Counted from the stretch's first letter, positions 23,587 to 36,123 are shown. The stretch: 64,000 bases of DNA from Candidatus Multivorans sp. (GCA_965247095.1 OZ251997.1:3808001-3872000), one strand, 5' to 3'. Notes: generated by a model not told the origin, from the sequence alone. A program made the numbers and translations.

Positions 23587-24101
23587 CAGCCGGTGGAGCC
23601 GAAGCCGCCGTCGTTGCGCCGTCCGGCGACAGGACGTGCGCCGAGCGTGTCGTCGTCGCGGAACGCGATCTCCGGCACGGCGGCGACCACCATCTGGGCC
23701 AGCCGTTCGCCGCGCTCGATCGCGATCGGGCGCTGCCCGAGGTTGACGAGCAGCAGCTTGACTTCGCCCCGGTAGTCGCTGTCGATCGTGCCGGGAGCGT
23801 TGAGCACGGTCAGGCCCCGCCGGTAGGCGAGTCCGCTGCGCGGCCGGACCTGGGCCTCGTAGCCCGGCGGCAGGCCGAGGATGAGGCCGGTTGGAATCAG
23901 GGCGCGGGCGCCGGGTTCGATCCGGACCGCAGCGTCGACGGCGGCGCGCAGGTCGTACCCGGCACTGCCGGCCGAGACGCGTTCGGGCAGTCCGGCAGAG
24001 TGCGGTAGCTGGCGGATGCCGATGGTGACGGGGGGAGTGTCTCGCTGGCGTCCTTCAGTCGCCCGGTCGGGTGGTTCCGGCGCCGCGGGTCGCCCGGTCA
24101 A
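23583..24101 (-). CDS. dut: dUTP diphosphatase
   Basis: [31 protein letters not shown]; TTG start overlapping the upstream stop is inferred. Confidence 0.93.
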   Translation of the reverse strand: MTGRPAAPEPPDRATEGRQRDTPPVTIGIRQLPHSAGLPERVSAGSAGYDLRAAVDAAVRIEPGARALIPTGLILGLPPGYEAQVRPRSGLAYRRGLTVLNAPGTIDSDYRGEVKLLLVNLGQRPIAIERGERLAQMVVAAVPEIAFRDDDTLGARPVAGRRNDGGFGSTGC

Positions 24102-25012
24102 CGGTTGCGTTCTCGGTTGCGCTCTCCCGGCGCGGACCCGTCCTGGACCTTGCTGTTCTCGAGCAGGCCGGGCGGAAAGGGTTTGCCGATCCACTCGCTG
24201 GTCAGGCGCGGCGGCGGGCGGCCGTCGGTGACGTTGCCGGGCCTGAGCTGGATCAGTTCGCTGGTGAAGTACCAGCTCTCGTAGTCTTCCTGGCCACCCC
24301 AGACGCGCATCGAGGGGCCGGGCGTGGCGCTGTAGACGCCCAGGATCGGTCCGACTGTCGGTCCTTCGCCCTCCTCTTCGTTCGGAGGCGGTACGGCGGT
24401 CAGCGCGCCGCCGCCGGCGCCGCCGGCCGCACCGGCATTGGTCGTTCCGGCCCTTCGGGCGCGGCGGTTCTCCTGCTGGCCGGCATTGCTTGGAGCTCCC
24501 TGCATCAGCAGGCCCCAGCGCCCCTCCTCGTCCATCGGGTTGGGCCACAACTGCCGGATGACTCGCGGTTTGACCTCGATGAGTTCTTCGAGCGCCGTCG
24601 GCAGGCGCCCCTGGCGGACCCGGAACAGGCGGATCGCCTCGGCGTACTGCAGCCCACGGAAGATCAGCTCCGCTTCCTTCTCCCTCTTCGCCCAACTGCT
24701 CCAGTACGGCAGTGCCGCCGCGACCGCGATGTTCATCACCGTGATCAGAACGGCGAGCACAACGAGGTTGTAGCCGGCCTCGGAGGATCGGTCCGCGGGG
24801 CCAGGAGCTTGGGCCGCGGAGCGCCCCGCCCCTGCGCCGCGGAAGCCTGACGGCTTCCGCCCTGTGCCGCGGAAGCCTGACGGCTTCCGCCCTGTGCCGC
24901 GGAAGCCTGAAGGCTTCCGCCCTGGGAACGCGGGCGTCTCGCCCGCATCCGGTGCGAAGCGCCGGTCTGTAAACCAGCGCCGGAGACGGGACACCAGGTC
25001 ACCAATCGGCAT
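24098..25012 (-). CDS. Minor pseudopilin (GspK-like, no Glu+5) with repeat-expanded leader
   Basis: AG|[43 protein letters not shown]. Confidence 0.75.
   Translation of the reverse strand: MPIGDLVSRLRRWFTDRRFAPDAGETPAFPGRKPSGFRGTGRKPSGFRGTGRKPSGFRGAGAGRSAAQAPGPADRSSEAGYNLVVLAVLITVMNIAVAAALPYWSSWAKREKEAELIFRGLQYAEAIRLFRVRQGRLPTALEELIEVKPRVIRQLWPNPMDEEGRWGLLMQGAPSNAGQQENRRARRAGTTNAGAAGGAGGGALTAVPPPNEEEGEGPTVGPILGVYSATPGPSMRVWGGQEDYESWYFTSELIQLRPGNVTDGRPPPRLTSEWIGKPFPPGLLENSKVQDGSAPGERNRERNR
24831..24965. repeat. Three tandem 30-bp hairpin units plus a family B REP-like unit
   Basis: CCTGYGCCGCGGAAGCCTGAMGGCTTCCGC x3 (9-bp stem), then a 41/45 match to 23511-23555. Confidence 0.92.
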
Positions 25013-25433
25013 AGGCTCCGCCCTCCAGCGAGTTCTCCTCCGAACCGGAGTGGACGTCCTCGATGCCGGGATCGCCGAAGGGTGAGAGGTCGGTCTCAGC
25101 CCAGGGGTCCTCGTCGGAGAGGGCGGGAAACTCGGCGAAGACCTCCACCCAGGTGTCGTTGCTGCGGGTTATCGGGTCCAGCGGGATCACTCGCAGGTAC
25201 TCCTCTTCAACGAGGGCCTGGAGGCTCGGCGGATAGTGCCCCTTGTCCGCGTGGTGCTGTTCGATGGCGTCGCGCATGACCCGGAGGTTCTGCTTCAGCG
25301 CCGCCTCCTGCGCCCGTCTCGGCGCGTTCTTCAGTAGCGGCACCGCGATGGCGGCAAGGATGCCGATGATCGCCATGACGATGATCAGTTCCAGCAGGGA
25401 CATGCCGCGCTGGCCCATGATTCTTCGGTTCAT
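24999..25433 (-). CDS. Type II secretion pseudopilin (GspG-like)
   Basis: RG|MSLLELIIVMAIIGILAAIAVP, YPPSLQALV, IPLDPIT. Confidence 0.9.
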   Translation of the reverse strand: MNRRIMGQRGMSLLELIIVMAIIGILAAIAVPLLKNAPRRAQEAALKQNLRVMRDAIEQHHADKGHYPPSLQALVEEEYLRVIPLDPITRSNDTWVEVFAEFPALSDEDPWAETDLSPFGDPGIEDVHSGSEENSLEGGAYADW

Positions 25434-25434
25434 G

Positions 25435-25914
25435 TCACCACTCCAGGTATGGAACGCGGTTCAGGCCGACGCCCTCGGAGAGGGAGTAGACGTCGTAGAC
25501 GTTCTCTCTTCCCCAATTCGTTTCGTCCGGGTCGTCCTGGTAACTCCGCAGCCCCCACTCCGCCTCGCCGGTCATCGGGTCGACAGGAATACGGCGCAGG
25601 AAACGGATCTCGCCGTCGGCCTGACCGATCAACTGGATCGGCTCGACCAGGATCTCGATTTCACTCGGGTAGCCGTCGGTTCCGATCTCGATCGGAATCA
25701 GGCCGACATCGCTGTAGCGCTTGTGTTCGTCGATCGCGTTGCGCAGCATGCGCAGGTGCGACCGGAGTTCGGCCTCCTTGATCCGTTTGTTCGTGTAGGT
25801 GGCGGTGGGCAGGGCGACGGCCGCCAGTGTGAGCATCACGGCGCACACCGTGATCAGTTCCACCAGGGTGTACCCGGCTCGGCGCCGCAGGCCGCCTGGG
25901 GTCGTCAGGTTCAA
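25435..25914 (-). CDS. Type II secretion pseudopilin (GspG-like)
   Basis: AG|YTLVELI, FLRRIPVDPMTG, VYDVYS. Confidence 0.9.
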   Translation of the reverse strand: MNLTTPGGLRRRAGYTLVELITVCAVMLTLAAVALPTATYTNKRIKEAELRSHLRMLRNAIDEHKRYSDVGLIPIEIGTDGYPSEIEILVEPIQLIGQADGEIRFLRRIPVDPMTGEAEWGLRSYQDDPDETNWGRENVYDVYSLSEGVGLNRVPYLEW

Positions 25915-28310
25915 GCGACCGTCTCCGGTCCGCCTCGGTCCGGCGGCTCGACGTCGCGGATCTCGATCTCCAGCGGACGCACGGTCGGCGCCGGCAGCGC
26001 TTCGAGTTCGGGACCCCTTGGCTTCGCCTGCTCGACCGCGATCGTTGCCCTGCCGGGACCTACCGCCCGCACCTCGAGAGCCAGCAGGTGGCCTCGTCCG
26101 GCCACACCCGCCTGATCGCCCAGCCGGCTGAGGCCGACGATGACCGTGCCCGGTGTCGAGCTGTCGGTCATCAGGGAGATCTCGCTCGGGTCGCCCAGGA
26201 AGGACTCGGCCTTGACCGCGGTCACCTCGATCCGCTCCGGGTCGTACCGGAGCCGCAGCGGCAGGTGGGAGAGCGGAGTGCGGGCCCTGATGTCCAGGCG
26301 CGCTTCGAAGCTGTCGCCGACCGTCACGCGCAGCGCTTGGGGCGCGAAGGAGAGCTCGATCTCGGCGTTGGTCCGCGCCGACGACGGCCGGAAGAGAGCT
26401 GGAACGATCGCGGGCGGTCTCTCGAGCAGACCGGCGTTCTGGAGCGGGCTGCCCGGCGGCGGGACGAGCTCGACGCCCAGAGGGGGCTGGTCGTCTCCTT
26501 CCTCGCCCGTGTCGGCTTCGGGTGCCGCGTTGCGCAGGCCCGGCGGCAGCCGGTCCTCCAGTTGCTGCCGCGTCTCGTCGCTCTCATCCGGCGGCTCGTC
26601 GAACGGACCGTCGATCCCGGAGTCGATCCGCGGACTCGAGCCCCGGAAGACGACGTTCTGCTCCGTGCCGACCCAGATCGGCGCCAGGTCCTGTTCGGTG
26701 ATGTCCGCCCGACGGATGATGTGCGGCGTCAGGGTGAGCACGATGTCGGTGCGCCTGTTGTCGCTCCCCTTCTTGGAGAACAGGCGGCCCAGCACCGGGA
26801 TCTCCGACAGCCCGGGGATCCCGTTCTGGGTGTTCGACTCGTTGGTGCGGATCAGCCCTGCGAGGAAGTTCGTCTCGCCGTCGCGCAGCCGGATGCTGGT
26901 CTTGATGTTGCGGCTGCCGATGATCGGCTGGTCGCCGATCTGGCCGCTCAGGTCGCTGACCTCGATCTCCAGGTCCAGGGAGATCTCCTCATTGTGGTGG
27001 ACGCGGGGTGTGATGTCCACCTGGATGCCCACGTTCTGGTACTGGTAGGACGTGATGGGCACCACGTTGCTGCCCGCGGTGTTCGCGGTGTTGAAGCTGG
27101 TCACCGGGATCGGGACCCGGTCGCCGATCGAGAACGAGCTCTTTTCTCCTTCCGTGATCCGCACTTGCGGCTTGGCCAGCGTCTGCGCGTCGGTCGATCT
27201 CTTCACGAAGTCGAACAGGAAACCGGGCACGCTGAGCACCCAGTTGTTCTGATTCAGCGATGCGACGTCCGACATCCTGAGCGGCACGTCGTCGCCGCCG
27301 ATGTCGAGGCTGATGCCGAGGGTGTTCGCGTCCAGCGAAAGGCCCAGATTCTGGAGTTTCGTGGTGTTGATCTCCAGCAGCTCGACGTCGATGACGACTT
27401 CGGCCTTCGCCTTGTCGCTCTGCTCGATGATCCGCTCCGCGACCTTGACCTTTTCGACGCTGTCGAGCATGACGATCGCGTTCAGCCGTTCGTTCGCGGC
27501 GATGAACCGGGTCGCAAGCAGGCTGCGCAGAATGGTCATCACGTCCTTTACGTCCGAGTTCGAGAGGAAGAAGGTCTGGATGATCCGGTCCTCATACGCC
27601 TGGCGGTTCGCGGGCGTGTTCTGCAGGATCATGATCGTCTGTTCGTCGAGCACCTTGTAGAAGTGCCCCAGGGTCTGCATCAGGATCTCGAGGCCCTCCA
27701 GCGCGGTCACCTCCCGCAGCTCGATGGGGCTGGAGAGCGGTGCATCCCGCAGGCGGGGATCGAACACGACGTTGAACCCGAACGCCTGCCCGATCGCGCG
27801 GTAGATCTCCATGAACGTCGCGTTCGGGAAGTCGAAAGTGATCGGCTCGTCGGAACGCGGACTCAAGACCGGCGGCATCGGCTCGGCGCCGCGGGTCTCC
27901 TCCTTGAGCTGGGAGATGGTCTTCGACCCGCGCCCCCTGCTCTCGATCCGGATCCGGATCTTCTCCAGTTCGGTGAGGGCGTACTGGTTCGTCGGGTCGA
28001 GCTGCACGGCGCGCTGAATCTCCAGCAGCGCGTCCCGGTCCCGGCCGACCTCCTGCAGTTTCCTCCCCTGCTCGAAGTGGGCATGGGCGGCCTGGGTCTT
28101 GGCGCGCAGCAGACCGGCCCGGTAGCGGAGGTCCGAGGGATCGGCCGTGACCAGTTCCATGTAGCGGAGGACGGCGGCGTCCCAGTCGCCGGCGACTTCC
28201 GCGTGTTGCGCTTCGCGGAAGCTCCGGTAGCCGCTACAGGAGGCGAAGACGACCAGAAGCGAGAGTGCCAGCGCCGGAGCGCGCAGCCGTTTTCCGTTTC
28301 GTTCTTTCAT
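25911..28310 (-). CDS. Secretin (GspD-like) lipoprotein with N-terminal TPR and C-terminal cohesin-like domain
   Basis: Lipobox VFASC, IDVELLE, IGDRVPI, GIPGLSEIPVLGRLF; start could instead be 28334. Confidence 0.88.
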   Translation of the reverse strand: MKERNGKRLRAPALALSLLVVFASCSGYRSFREAQHAEVAGDWDAAVLRYMELVTADPSDLRYRAGLLRAKTQAAHAHFEQGRKLQEVGRDRDALLEIQRAVQLDPTNQYALTELEKIRIRIESRGRGSKTISQLKEETRGAEPMPPVLSPRSDEPITFDFPNATFMEIYRAIGQAFGFNVVFDPRLRDAPLSSPIELREVTALEGLEILMQTLGHFYKVLDEQTIMILQNTPANRQAYEDRIIQTFFLSNSDVKDVMTILRSLLATRFIAANERLNAIVMLDSVEKVKVAERIIEQSDKAKAEVVIDVELLEINTTKLQNLGLSLDANTLGISLDIGGDDVPLRMSDVASLNQNNWVLSVPGFLFDFVKRSTDAQTLAKPQVRITEGEKSSFSIGDRVPIPVTSFNTANTAGSNVVPITSYQYQNVGIQVDITPRVHHNEEISLDLEIEVSDLSGQIGDQPIIGSRNIKTSIRLRDGETNFLAGLIRTNESNTQNGIPGLSEIPVLGRLFSKKGSDNRRTDIVLTLTPHIIRRADITEQDLAPIWVGTEQNVVFRGSSPRIDSGIDGPFDEPPDESDETRQQLEDRLPPGLRNAAPEADTGEEGDDQPPLGVELVPPPGSPLQNAGLLERPPAIVPALFRPSSARTNAEIELSFAPQALRVTVGDSFEARLDIRARTPLSHLPLRLRYDPERIEVTAVKAESFLGDPSEISLMTDSSTPGTVIVGLSRLGDQAGVAGRGHLLALEVRAVGPGRATIAVEQAKPRGPELEALPAPTVRPLEIEIRDVEPPDRGGPETVA

Positions 28311-28323
28311 ATCCTTGAGGCCC

Positions 28324-28920
28324 TCAACTGCCATTCGGTCGACCGCCGATCTCCAGTCGCACCGCCGGTTCGTTGGGGAAGCCCACGAACACCAGGTCGA
28401 CCGACTCGTAGCCGATCCGTTGTACTTCGAACTGGTCCTTGACCAGGTCGCCCTCGAGCGCGTTGTAAATCTTCGCCCCGTCCGAGAACACGGCGACCGG
28501 ATCGGCGTCGCGTCCCAGGGTGCCGAGATAGACGAAGTCGACCGCGGGAGGCCGCGGGCCGAGCGGCTGCGGCGCCGGGGGCGCCGGCTTCGGTCTCTCC
28601 GGGACGACGGGCTGAACGGGTTGCGGCTCGGGCGCCGGAAGCGTCGTTTCGGGAGTGGCCCGCTCGGAAGCCGGTTGGCTGTCGAACGACCAGGGGTCGC
28701 GCGCCGCCATGCCCTCCGGCGGCGGCTCGTCCAGGATGTGCGCGGCCAGCTCCACGACCTCGATCGTGGACGAGCGCAGATCGGCAGAGGTGGTGCGGAC
28801 AAAGCCGGTGCCGCCACCGAACGAGGGAAGATAGCGCCAGCCGGCGATCAGCACGAGGACCGCGAGGATGCCCAGCAGCAGGGGCCGTCGCCGGTTCGAT
28901 CCGGTTTCAGCGGCGCTCAT
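28324..28920 (-). CDS. PilP/GspC-like assembly protein
   Basis: N-terminal TM, RDPWSF, Pro-rich linker, small beta domain; operon position. Confidence 0.65.
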   Translation of the reverse strand: MSAAETGSNRRRPLLLGILAVLVLIAGWRYLPSFGGGTGFVRTTSADLRSSTIEVVELAAHILDEPPPEGMAARDPWSFDSQPASERATPETTLPAPEPQPVQPVVPERPKPAPPAPQPLGPRPPAVDFVYLGTLGRDADPVAVFSDGAKIYNALEGDLVKDQFEVQRIGYESVDLVFVGFPNEPAVRLEIGGRPNGS

Positions 28921-29495
28921 GCTCCCGCCCCCTGACTTGTCGCTCTGGACTCGCCGTCGGAGAACAGGGTCGACAGACGCAGGTCGATGCGCAGGTTCGG
29001 AGTCGCTTCGCTCAGGCTGATCGACTCGAGGACGACGAACGTGTCCGTCGTCTCGAGTTGGTTGATCAGCCGCCGCAACTGGGTGTAGTTCCCTTCGACC
29101 GTGAACACGAGCGACTTCTCGACCAGCCCGTACTGCTCCAACTGCTCCTCGGGGTACGAGATCGAGCCCGGGGGGAGCCCGGAGCGGTCGGCGAGATCCT
29201 TGACCTCGCGGATGAGGTCGGTCAGCCGTTCCCGCTCGGTGGCGAAGCCCTCGCGGTAGAGGCTCGCCACGCGGCTGCGCGTCGCCTCGACGGTCGCCAC
29301 CTGGCCTTCGCGGCGAGCCATCTCCTGAGTCGTGCGCGTGCGCAGGTTGCCCACTTCGGCGATCTCGTCCTCCAGCGCCTGGAAGCGGCCCGCGTAGACG
29401 CCGCGGTATGTCGACAGCAGGCCCGCGTTGATCACACACAGGCCCACACCGATCCAGAACCAGATGCGCAGGCGCCATACTCGCCGGCGGCTCAT
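28917..29495 (-). CDS. PilO/GspM-like protein
   Basis: TM, coiled coil, VEGNYTQLRRLINQLE. Confidence 0.8.
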   Translation of the reverse strand: MSRRRVWRLRIWFWIGVGLCVINAGLLSTYRGVYAGRFQALEDEIAEVGNLRTRTTQEMARREGQVATVEATRSRVASLYREGFATERERLTDLIREVKDLADRSGLPPGSISYPEEQLEQYGLVEKSLVFTVEGNYTQLRRLINQLETTDTFVVLESISLSEATPNLRIDLRLSTLFSDGESRATSQGAGA

Positions 29496-30166
29496 GGCTG
29501 TCCCTCCATCGGCGCTGCCTTCTCTCCGGTGGCCGCCGTGTCCACGGCGGCTTCGGGCTCGCCTGCAGCCGTCGCCGGCGTGTAGGCGACGGCGATCGTG
29601 AAGTCGAGCGGGCCGGAGTCCTGACGGCTTTCGTGCCGCAGCTTCGGACCGTGGAACGAGGGGTGTTCGAACAGAGAGTCGATCAACTCGTGCAGGCCCT
29701 CGTCATTCTGGGCTTCGCCGCTGATGTCGAGCATCACGCGCGCGGCAACGTCCGGCCCCGGCTCAGTCCGTCGCCTGCGGCTCCTCTCGCTTGCTTGGGG
29801 CGCGAGGCTGCGGAGCCGTGTGTTCCATGGCAGCACCTGTTCGATGTCGGTGAAAAGCCGACCCCAGGGGAAACGCCGATCCGCGATGCGCTCGTTCAGG
29901 AACGCGACCTCGCGGTTCTGGGACTGCAGATCGAGGCGCGCGAGCTCCGAACCCAACCGGTCCAGTTCGGCGCCATCGGCGGCAAGCTGCTGGCGCAGCT
30001 CGGCGAGTTCGGCGCGAGCGTCGGCGGAGCCGGTGAGATAGCCCCAGTACAGCACCGCGTTGAGCGCCAGGAGGGCAATCCCGAGCGCCCACAGCAGCGC
30101 GGTCAAGCGCCGCCAGGGACGGCGGTTGACGAACGGGCGGGCGGCCAGGTTGAACGCGTTCTTCAT
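29492..30166 (-). CDS. PilN-like protein
   Basis: NLAARPF, TM, coiled coil, PWGRLFTDIEQVLP. Confidence 0.8.
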   Translation of the reverse strand: MKNAFNLAARPFVNRRPWRRLTALLWALGIALLALNAVLYWGYLTGSADARAELAELRQQLAADGAELDRLGSELARLDLQSQNREVAFLNERIADRRFPWGRLFTDIEQVLPWNTRLRSLAPQASERSRRRRTEPGPDVAARVMLDISGEAQNDEGLHELIDSLFEHPSFHGPKLRHESRQDSGPLDFTIAVAYTPATAAGEPEAAVDTAATGEKAAPMEGQP

Positions 30167-31138
30167 GTCCTCACCGTCAGCGAGGCGCCAAGCATCGGCA
30201 GCGCCTGCTGCACGCCGATGTCCGGGGTCGCAGGACCGGTGCCGAGGGTTCCGTTGCCGTCGAGAACGCGAGCCGGCAGCCCCAGACCCTCTTCGAGCCG
30301 GTCGCGCCAAACGCCGCGAGCCTCTTCGGCGGCCAGCATCAGGGCGTACCCCGGCAGGGTTCGCTCGGCGCCGAACAGCTCGCGCTCCTCGATGAAGTTC
30401 CGGGTCAGTCGCAGGTCGCGCACGGCCAGGTTGGAGGCGACGGAGGATTCCAGTTCCGGGTCGATGCTCTTGTATCGGAAGAGAGCTGGGCCCTCCTCCG
30501 CGTGCGCGAGCAGGGAGTAGCCGTCACGATGGGCGACGAGGAGCAGGAAGGGGCCCGAGTCGCCCTGAAGCCGAGCAATGCCGTCGGCAGCGCCCAGGCT
30601 CTCGTTCGTGACCGTGCCGATGTGGATTCCGGCGCCTCTGAACGAGTCTTCGATCTGAGCCAGGACGTGTTCGACGCCGAAACCGATCAGGAAGCGCGTA
30701 GCGCCGTTGCCGGCGGCGCCCACCCGCCTGCCGCGCACGCGGAGTTCTTCGACCCGGAAAGGTACCTGCTTGCGGAGCTTGAAGCGCAGGGTCTCTTCTC
30801 GCAGGAGCGGCTTCCTGGGAACCTCTTCGAGTTCGGCGAAGGTCAGCCGGAGCCAGCGGTCGGGGACGACCAGGGCGGCGCGTGCGACCGGCTCTCCAAT
30901 GGCGGTATCGGCGGCCTGCTGAAGTTCGGCGACCACTTCATGGAACTGGGCGGGCGCCCGCAGCGGTCCGCCCAGCGCGCCTTCCTGGAAGGTCTCGGCC
31001 GGCAGCTCCCGTCGTCGGACGGCCTGCAGCTCCGGGGCCGATCCGTCCTGGCGCAGGAAGTGCGCCAGGACGAGTTCGCGCTCGTCGAGCAGGAACACCG
31101 ACGCCGGCCCCCGAGGGTCGTCGAGGCCGACCAGGCGT

Positions 31139-32838
<1,700 letters not shown>

Positions 32839-32839
<1 letters not shown>

Positions 32840-34080
32840 CAGCCCTGCACCTGTCCGAGCACGCTGAACAGCGGCAGATACATGGAAAGGACGAGCAGCG
32901 CGATGGTGAAGCCCATGACCACCAGCATCACCGGCTCGATCAGGGAGAGCAGCCGCTCGGTACGGGTCTCGATGTCCTCGTCGAGAAAGTCGGAGACGCT
33001 GTTCACCATTTCGTCCAGCGCTCCGGTCGCCTCACCGACCTTGACCATGTCGATGGCGAGATCGGTGAACACTTCGGATTCCTCGAGCGCGGTATGGAAG
33101 GCCGCACCCTCCCGGATCCGCGGCCCGAGCGCCACGGCTCGTCGGTGGAGAAACCTGTTCGTGACCGCGGAAGCCGAGGTGTCGAGCGCCGCGGCCAGTG
33201 GCAGGCCACCGTGTAGCAGAGTGGCCAGGGAGCGGCAGAACTCGGACAGCGCGAAGCGGTGGAGGATCGGTCCGATGATCGGGAGCCGCAGCTTCAGGCG
33301 GTCGACCATGGCGCCGAGACGACCGCTGTTTCCCACTCTCCAGGCGGCCCAACCGCCGATCGCCGCCGCGGCGAGGAAGACCAGTGTGGTCGGATTGCGC
33401 AGCAGTTGGGACAAGCCGAGCAACGTCTGCGTAATCCAGGGCAGGTCGAGGTCGAGGGCCTGGTAGAACTCCTCGAAGCGCGGCATGACGAAGAACATCA
33501 TCACTGTCACGATGCCGGCCGACAGGCAGACCAGCAACGCGGGGTAGAAGAGCGCGCTGACCACGCGCTTGCGGGAACTGGTGACCAGTTTGAGTTGCCG
33601 GACGTAGCGGCGGATCACCCGCTCCAGCCCGCCGCTCTGCTCGCCGGCCTTGAGCATCGACGCGTAGATCGGCGGGAAGGCGCCGCCGGTGGCGGCGAAC
33701 GCCTCGGAGAGTTCCTCGCCGCCCTCGACCCGCTCCTTGATCTCGCCCAGCGCTTCCTTGAACTCGGCGTTGCGCTGCCGTTCGTGCATCAGCTCCAAGC
33801 ACTGGAGCAGGGGCAGTCCGGCGCCGAGCAGGCCGGCCAACTGTTGATTGAAGACCAGGAAGTCCTGACCGGGGATCGTCTTGCGTGAGCTGCCCTGCAA
33901 GGCCGCCGAGGCCGGTCCCAGCAGCGATCCCAGCATGTTCTGCAGGCCGCGGCGCCTGATCTCGAAGACGTGGAGTCCGCGGCGCTCGATCTCGCGCCGC
34001 GCGCTGCGGAGATCCGGAGCCTCGTGAATCTGCTCGACGATGCGGCCGTCGGCAGTGCCCAGCCGGCAGACGAACTGCAT
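32839..34080 (-). CDS. GspF/PilC inner-membrane platform protein
   Basis: LLGAGLPL, AGEQSGGL, VGEATGAL, IEPVML, MYLPLF. Confidence 0.93.
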
Positions 34081-34093
34081 GATCGGACCGGCC

Positions 34094-34813
34094 CTACTCG
34101 CCGGCGCCCAGGCTGTCTTGCTGGGATGGCCGGACGGTTACTGCGACCACGAGGCCGCTGGAGCTCGAGCCCCGGTACGGCAGCGCCAGCACCAGGGGCT
34201 TGCCGACCCAGACGTTCAGATGGCCGTTGAAGACGCCCTCGTCCAGAGCGTCGCCGCGGCTGCGCTCGATCTCGACGCCGTACAGCTTGACCCGGCGGTC
34301 GAGCAGCACGGTGCCGACCCGGAAGCCGAGCCGGAACTCGGCGCCGATCTCGAACCGGACGTCCTCTCCCTCCATGGCCTCGAAGTGGCCTTCGCCGAGC
34401 AGCCGGTAGCTCGTGAAGGGCAGCCAGTTGCGCAACTCGTCGGTGAGCTGCGCGGGCAGTTCGGATCGCGGATCGCTGCTGCCGCGGCGCGACGCTTCGA
34501 GAATGAAGATCTCGAACTCGATCTGACGGCGGGGGTGATCGAAGTCGCGCAGCAGAGCCAGCAGGTGCTCGAGGACGCTGCTCGCGTCTCTCAGCACGAG
34601 GGTGTTCGTCGCGCGTCGCAGTTCGATCGTGCCGTGAGGCGACATCTCGCCCTGCATCCACTCCAAGGCGTCGTCGGCGCGCTGATGTTGGAGCGTGAAC
34701 GCATGGCGGATCTGCGTCTCGGCCTCCTGCTGCGCGGCGAGGGAGACCCCGAGCAGCGTCAGGGCGGCCACGGCCAGGGCGATTCGCGCACCCGCGGAAG
34801 GCGCCGCCGTCAT
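34094..34813 (-). CDS. Exported protein with secretin N-domain (NolW)-like segment
   Basis: Signal peptide; FTLQH..ADD...TNTLVLRD...LLRDFDHPRRQI. Confidence 0.55.
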   Translation of the reverse strand: MTAAPSAGARIALAVAALTLLGVSLAAQQEAETQIRHAFTLQHQRADDALEWMQGEMSPHGTIELRRATNTLVLRDASSVLEHLLALLRDFDHPRRQIEFEIFILEASRRGSSDPRSELPAQLTDELRNWLPFTSYRLLGEGHFEAMEGEDVRFEIGAEFRLGFRVGTVLLDRRVKLYGVEIERSRGDALDEGVFNGHLNVWVGKPLVLALPYRGSSSSGLVVAVTVRPSQQDSLGAGE

Positions 34814-35376
34814 GGCGCGACCTCCGTGACCACGAGGACCACATCGAGGCTGGAGGCGAGGCCGTCGCCGGTGCGCTGGAACACACGCATCGGCTCGTCG
34901 CCGAGCGGCTCCACGAGCGGGGCCATGGCGACATGGGCCGGGAGGCTCAGCTCGGAACCCAGGACATCGCTCGCCGGCGGCGCGGTTTCCGGCCAGAGCA
35001 GGAAACTCAGGCCGAGCGCCGCGGCAGCAGCACCCGCTGCCAGCACCGACGCGATGGGCATCCGGCGGCGGGCGGTCCGCGCCGCGTTGAGCCGCTTTTC
35101 GGTTGCGCGCCCCTCCAGTTCGAGCAGGACCCGCTTGCGGAGTTCGTCGACTTCGTGGGCCATGTCGGTCCGGTCACGAGCGCCGGTGAAGTAGCCGCTG
35201 AAGGCGAGCAGCGGGTCGATCTGGAGCGAGACTGCGCGGCAGGGCCCGCAATCCGCCCGGTGGCGGAGGGCGTGTTCCCAGGCGCGGTCCACGGCCGCGG
35301 CGCCGACATCGGGGCTCCGTTCGGCGTCCTCGCGCCCGCGGACGAGCGCGGCCCAGTCCGGGCAGGCGGTAGTCAT
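34810..35376 (-). CDS. Putative zinc-binding (ZAS) membrane anti-sigma factor
   Basis: HRADCGPC (HxxxCxxC) plus a TM helix, coupled to the ECF sigma gene. Confidence 0.7.
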   Translation of the reverse strand: MTTACPDWAALVRGREDAERSPDVGAAAVDRAWEHALRHRADCGPCRAVSLQIDPLLAFSGYFTGARDRTDMAHEVDELRKRVLLELEGRATEKRLNAARTARRRMPIASVLAAGAAAAALGLSFLLWPETAPPASDVLGSELSLPAHVAMAPLVEPLGDEPMRVFQRTGDGLASSLDVVLVVTEVAP

Positions 35377-36083
35377 GAGCGTTCCTCGATCCCGGCATGC
35401 TGGACCCGGGCGTGTTGGGCGTATTCGGGGTACCGCTTCAGCAGTTCCTCGCGGAGTTGCCGGCGGCTGTTGAACAGATGGTTGCGGACGGTAGAGGGGC
35501 GAATGCCGAGGATGCGAGCGATCTCCTTGCCCTTCAGCCCCTCCATCTCGCGCAGCACGAAGACCGCGCGCTGCTTGTCGCTCAGAGTCGACGCCAGCTC
35601 ATGAAACACGGACTTGATCTCTCGTTCGGACAGGTTCTCGAGCTGCCGTGAAAAGGCTTCGCCGCTCTGGTGCTCGTGCTGCAACTGGAAGCCCTGCAGC
35701 GAGCGGATGCGGGACGAACGGGAGCGCAGGTGGTCGATCGCCAGGTTGGAGACGATGCGGTAGATCCAGGTGTTCGGGCTGTAGCGTTGGTCGAAGCGTT
35801 GGCGTGAGTCCCAGATCCGCAGGAAGGCGATCTGCACGATGTCGCGCGCGTCCTCCCGGTCGCCCACCATGCTGGTCGCCATGTGCAGCAACTGGGCGCC
35901 CTTGCGACGCATCAACTCATCGAGCGCGAGTTCGTCGTCACTGCGCATGCCCTCCAGCAGTTCGAGATCGGACGCCTCGGACCACGCCACCTTGCGCTGA
36001 CGGCGCGAATAGGCGATCGTCAGACCGCTCCGTGGAGGATCTTCGCGTGGCGGTTCCATGCGGATGACTTGCGCGGATCTCAT
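35373..36083 (-). CDS. ECF RNA polymerase sigma factor
   Basis: DARDIVQIAF, TWIYRIVSNLAIDHLR, EIARILGIRPSTVRNHLF. Confidence 0.92.
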   Translation of the reverse strand: MRSAQVIRMEPPREDPPRSGLTIAYSRRQRKVAWSEASDLELLEGMRSDDELALDELMRRKGAQLLHMATSMVGDREDARDIVQIAFLRIWDSRQRFDQRYSPNTWIYRIVSNLAIDHLRSRSSRIRSLQGFQLQHEHQSGEAFSRQLENLSEREIKSVFHELASTLSDKQRAVFVLREMEGLKGKEIARILGIRPSTVRNHLFNSRRQLREELLKRYPEYAQHARVQHAGIEERS

Positions 36084-36094
36084 GCCTCGCTGTT

Positions 36095-36123
36095 GATACG
36101 GAGACCCGGGGCAAAGCGTCCAA
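36095..36123 (-). promoter_or_regulatory. Candidate ECF autoregulatory promoter
   Basis: TTGGAC-N17-CGTATC upstream of the sigma gene; resembles the SigW-type TGAAAC-N16-CGTA consensus. Confidence 0.35.

Noticed and set aside
24831-24920. CRISPR-like 30-bp palindromic repeats
   Set aside because: Units are directly abutting with no spacers, and there are no cas genes
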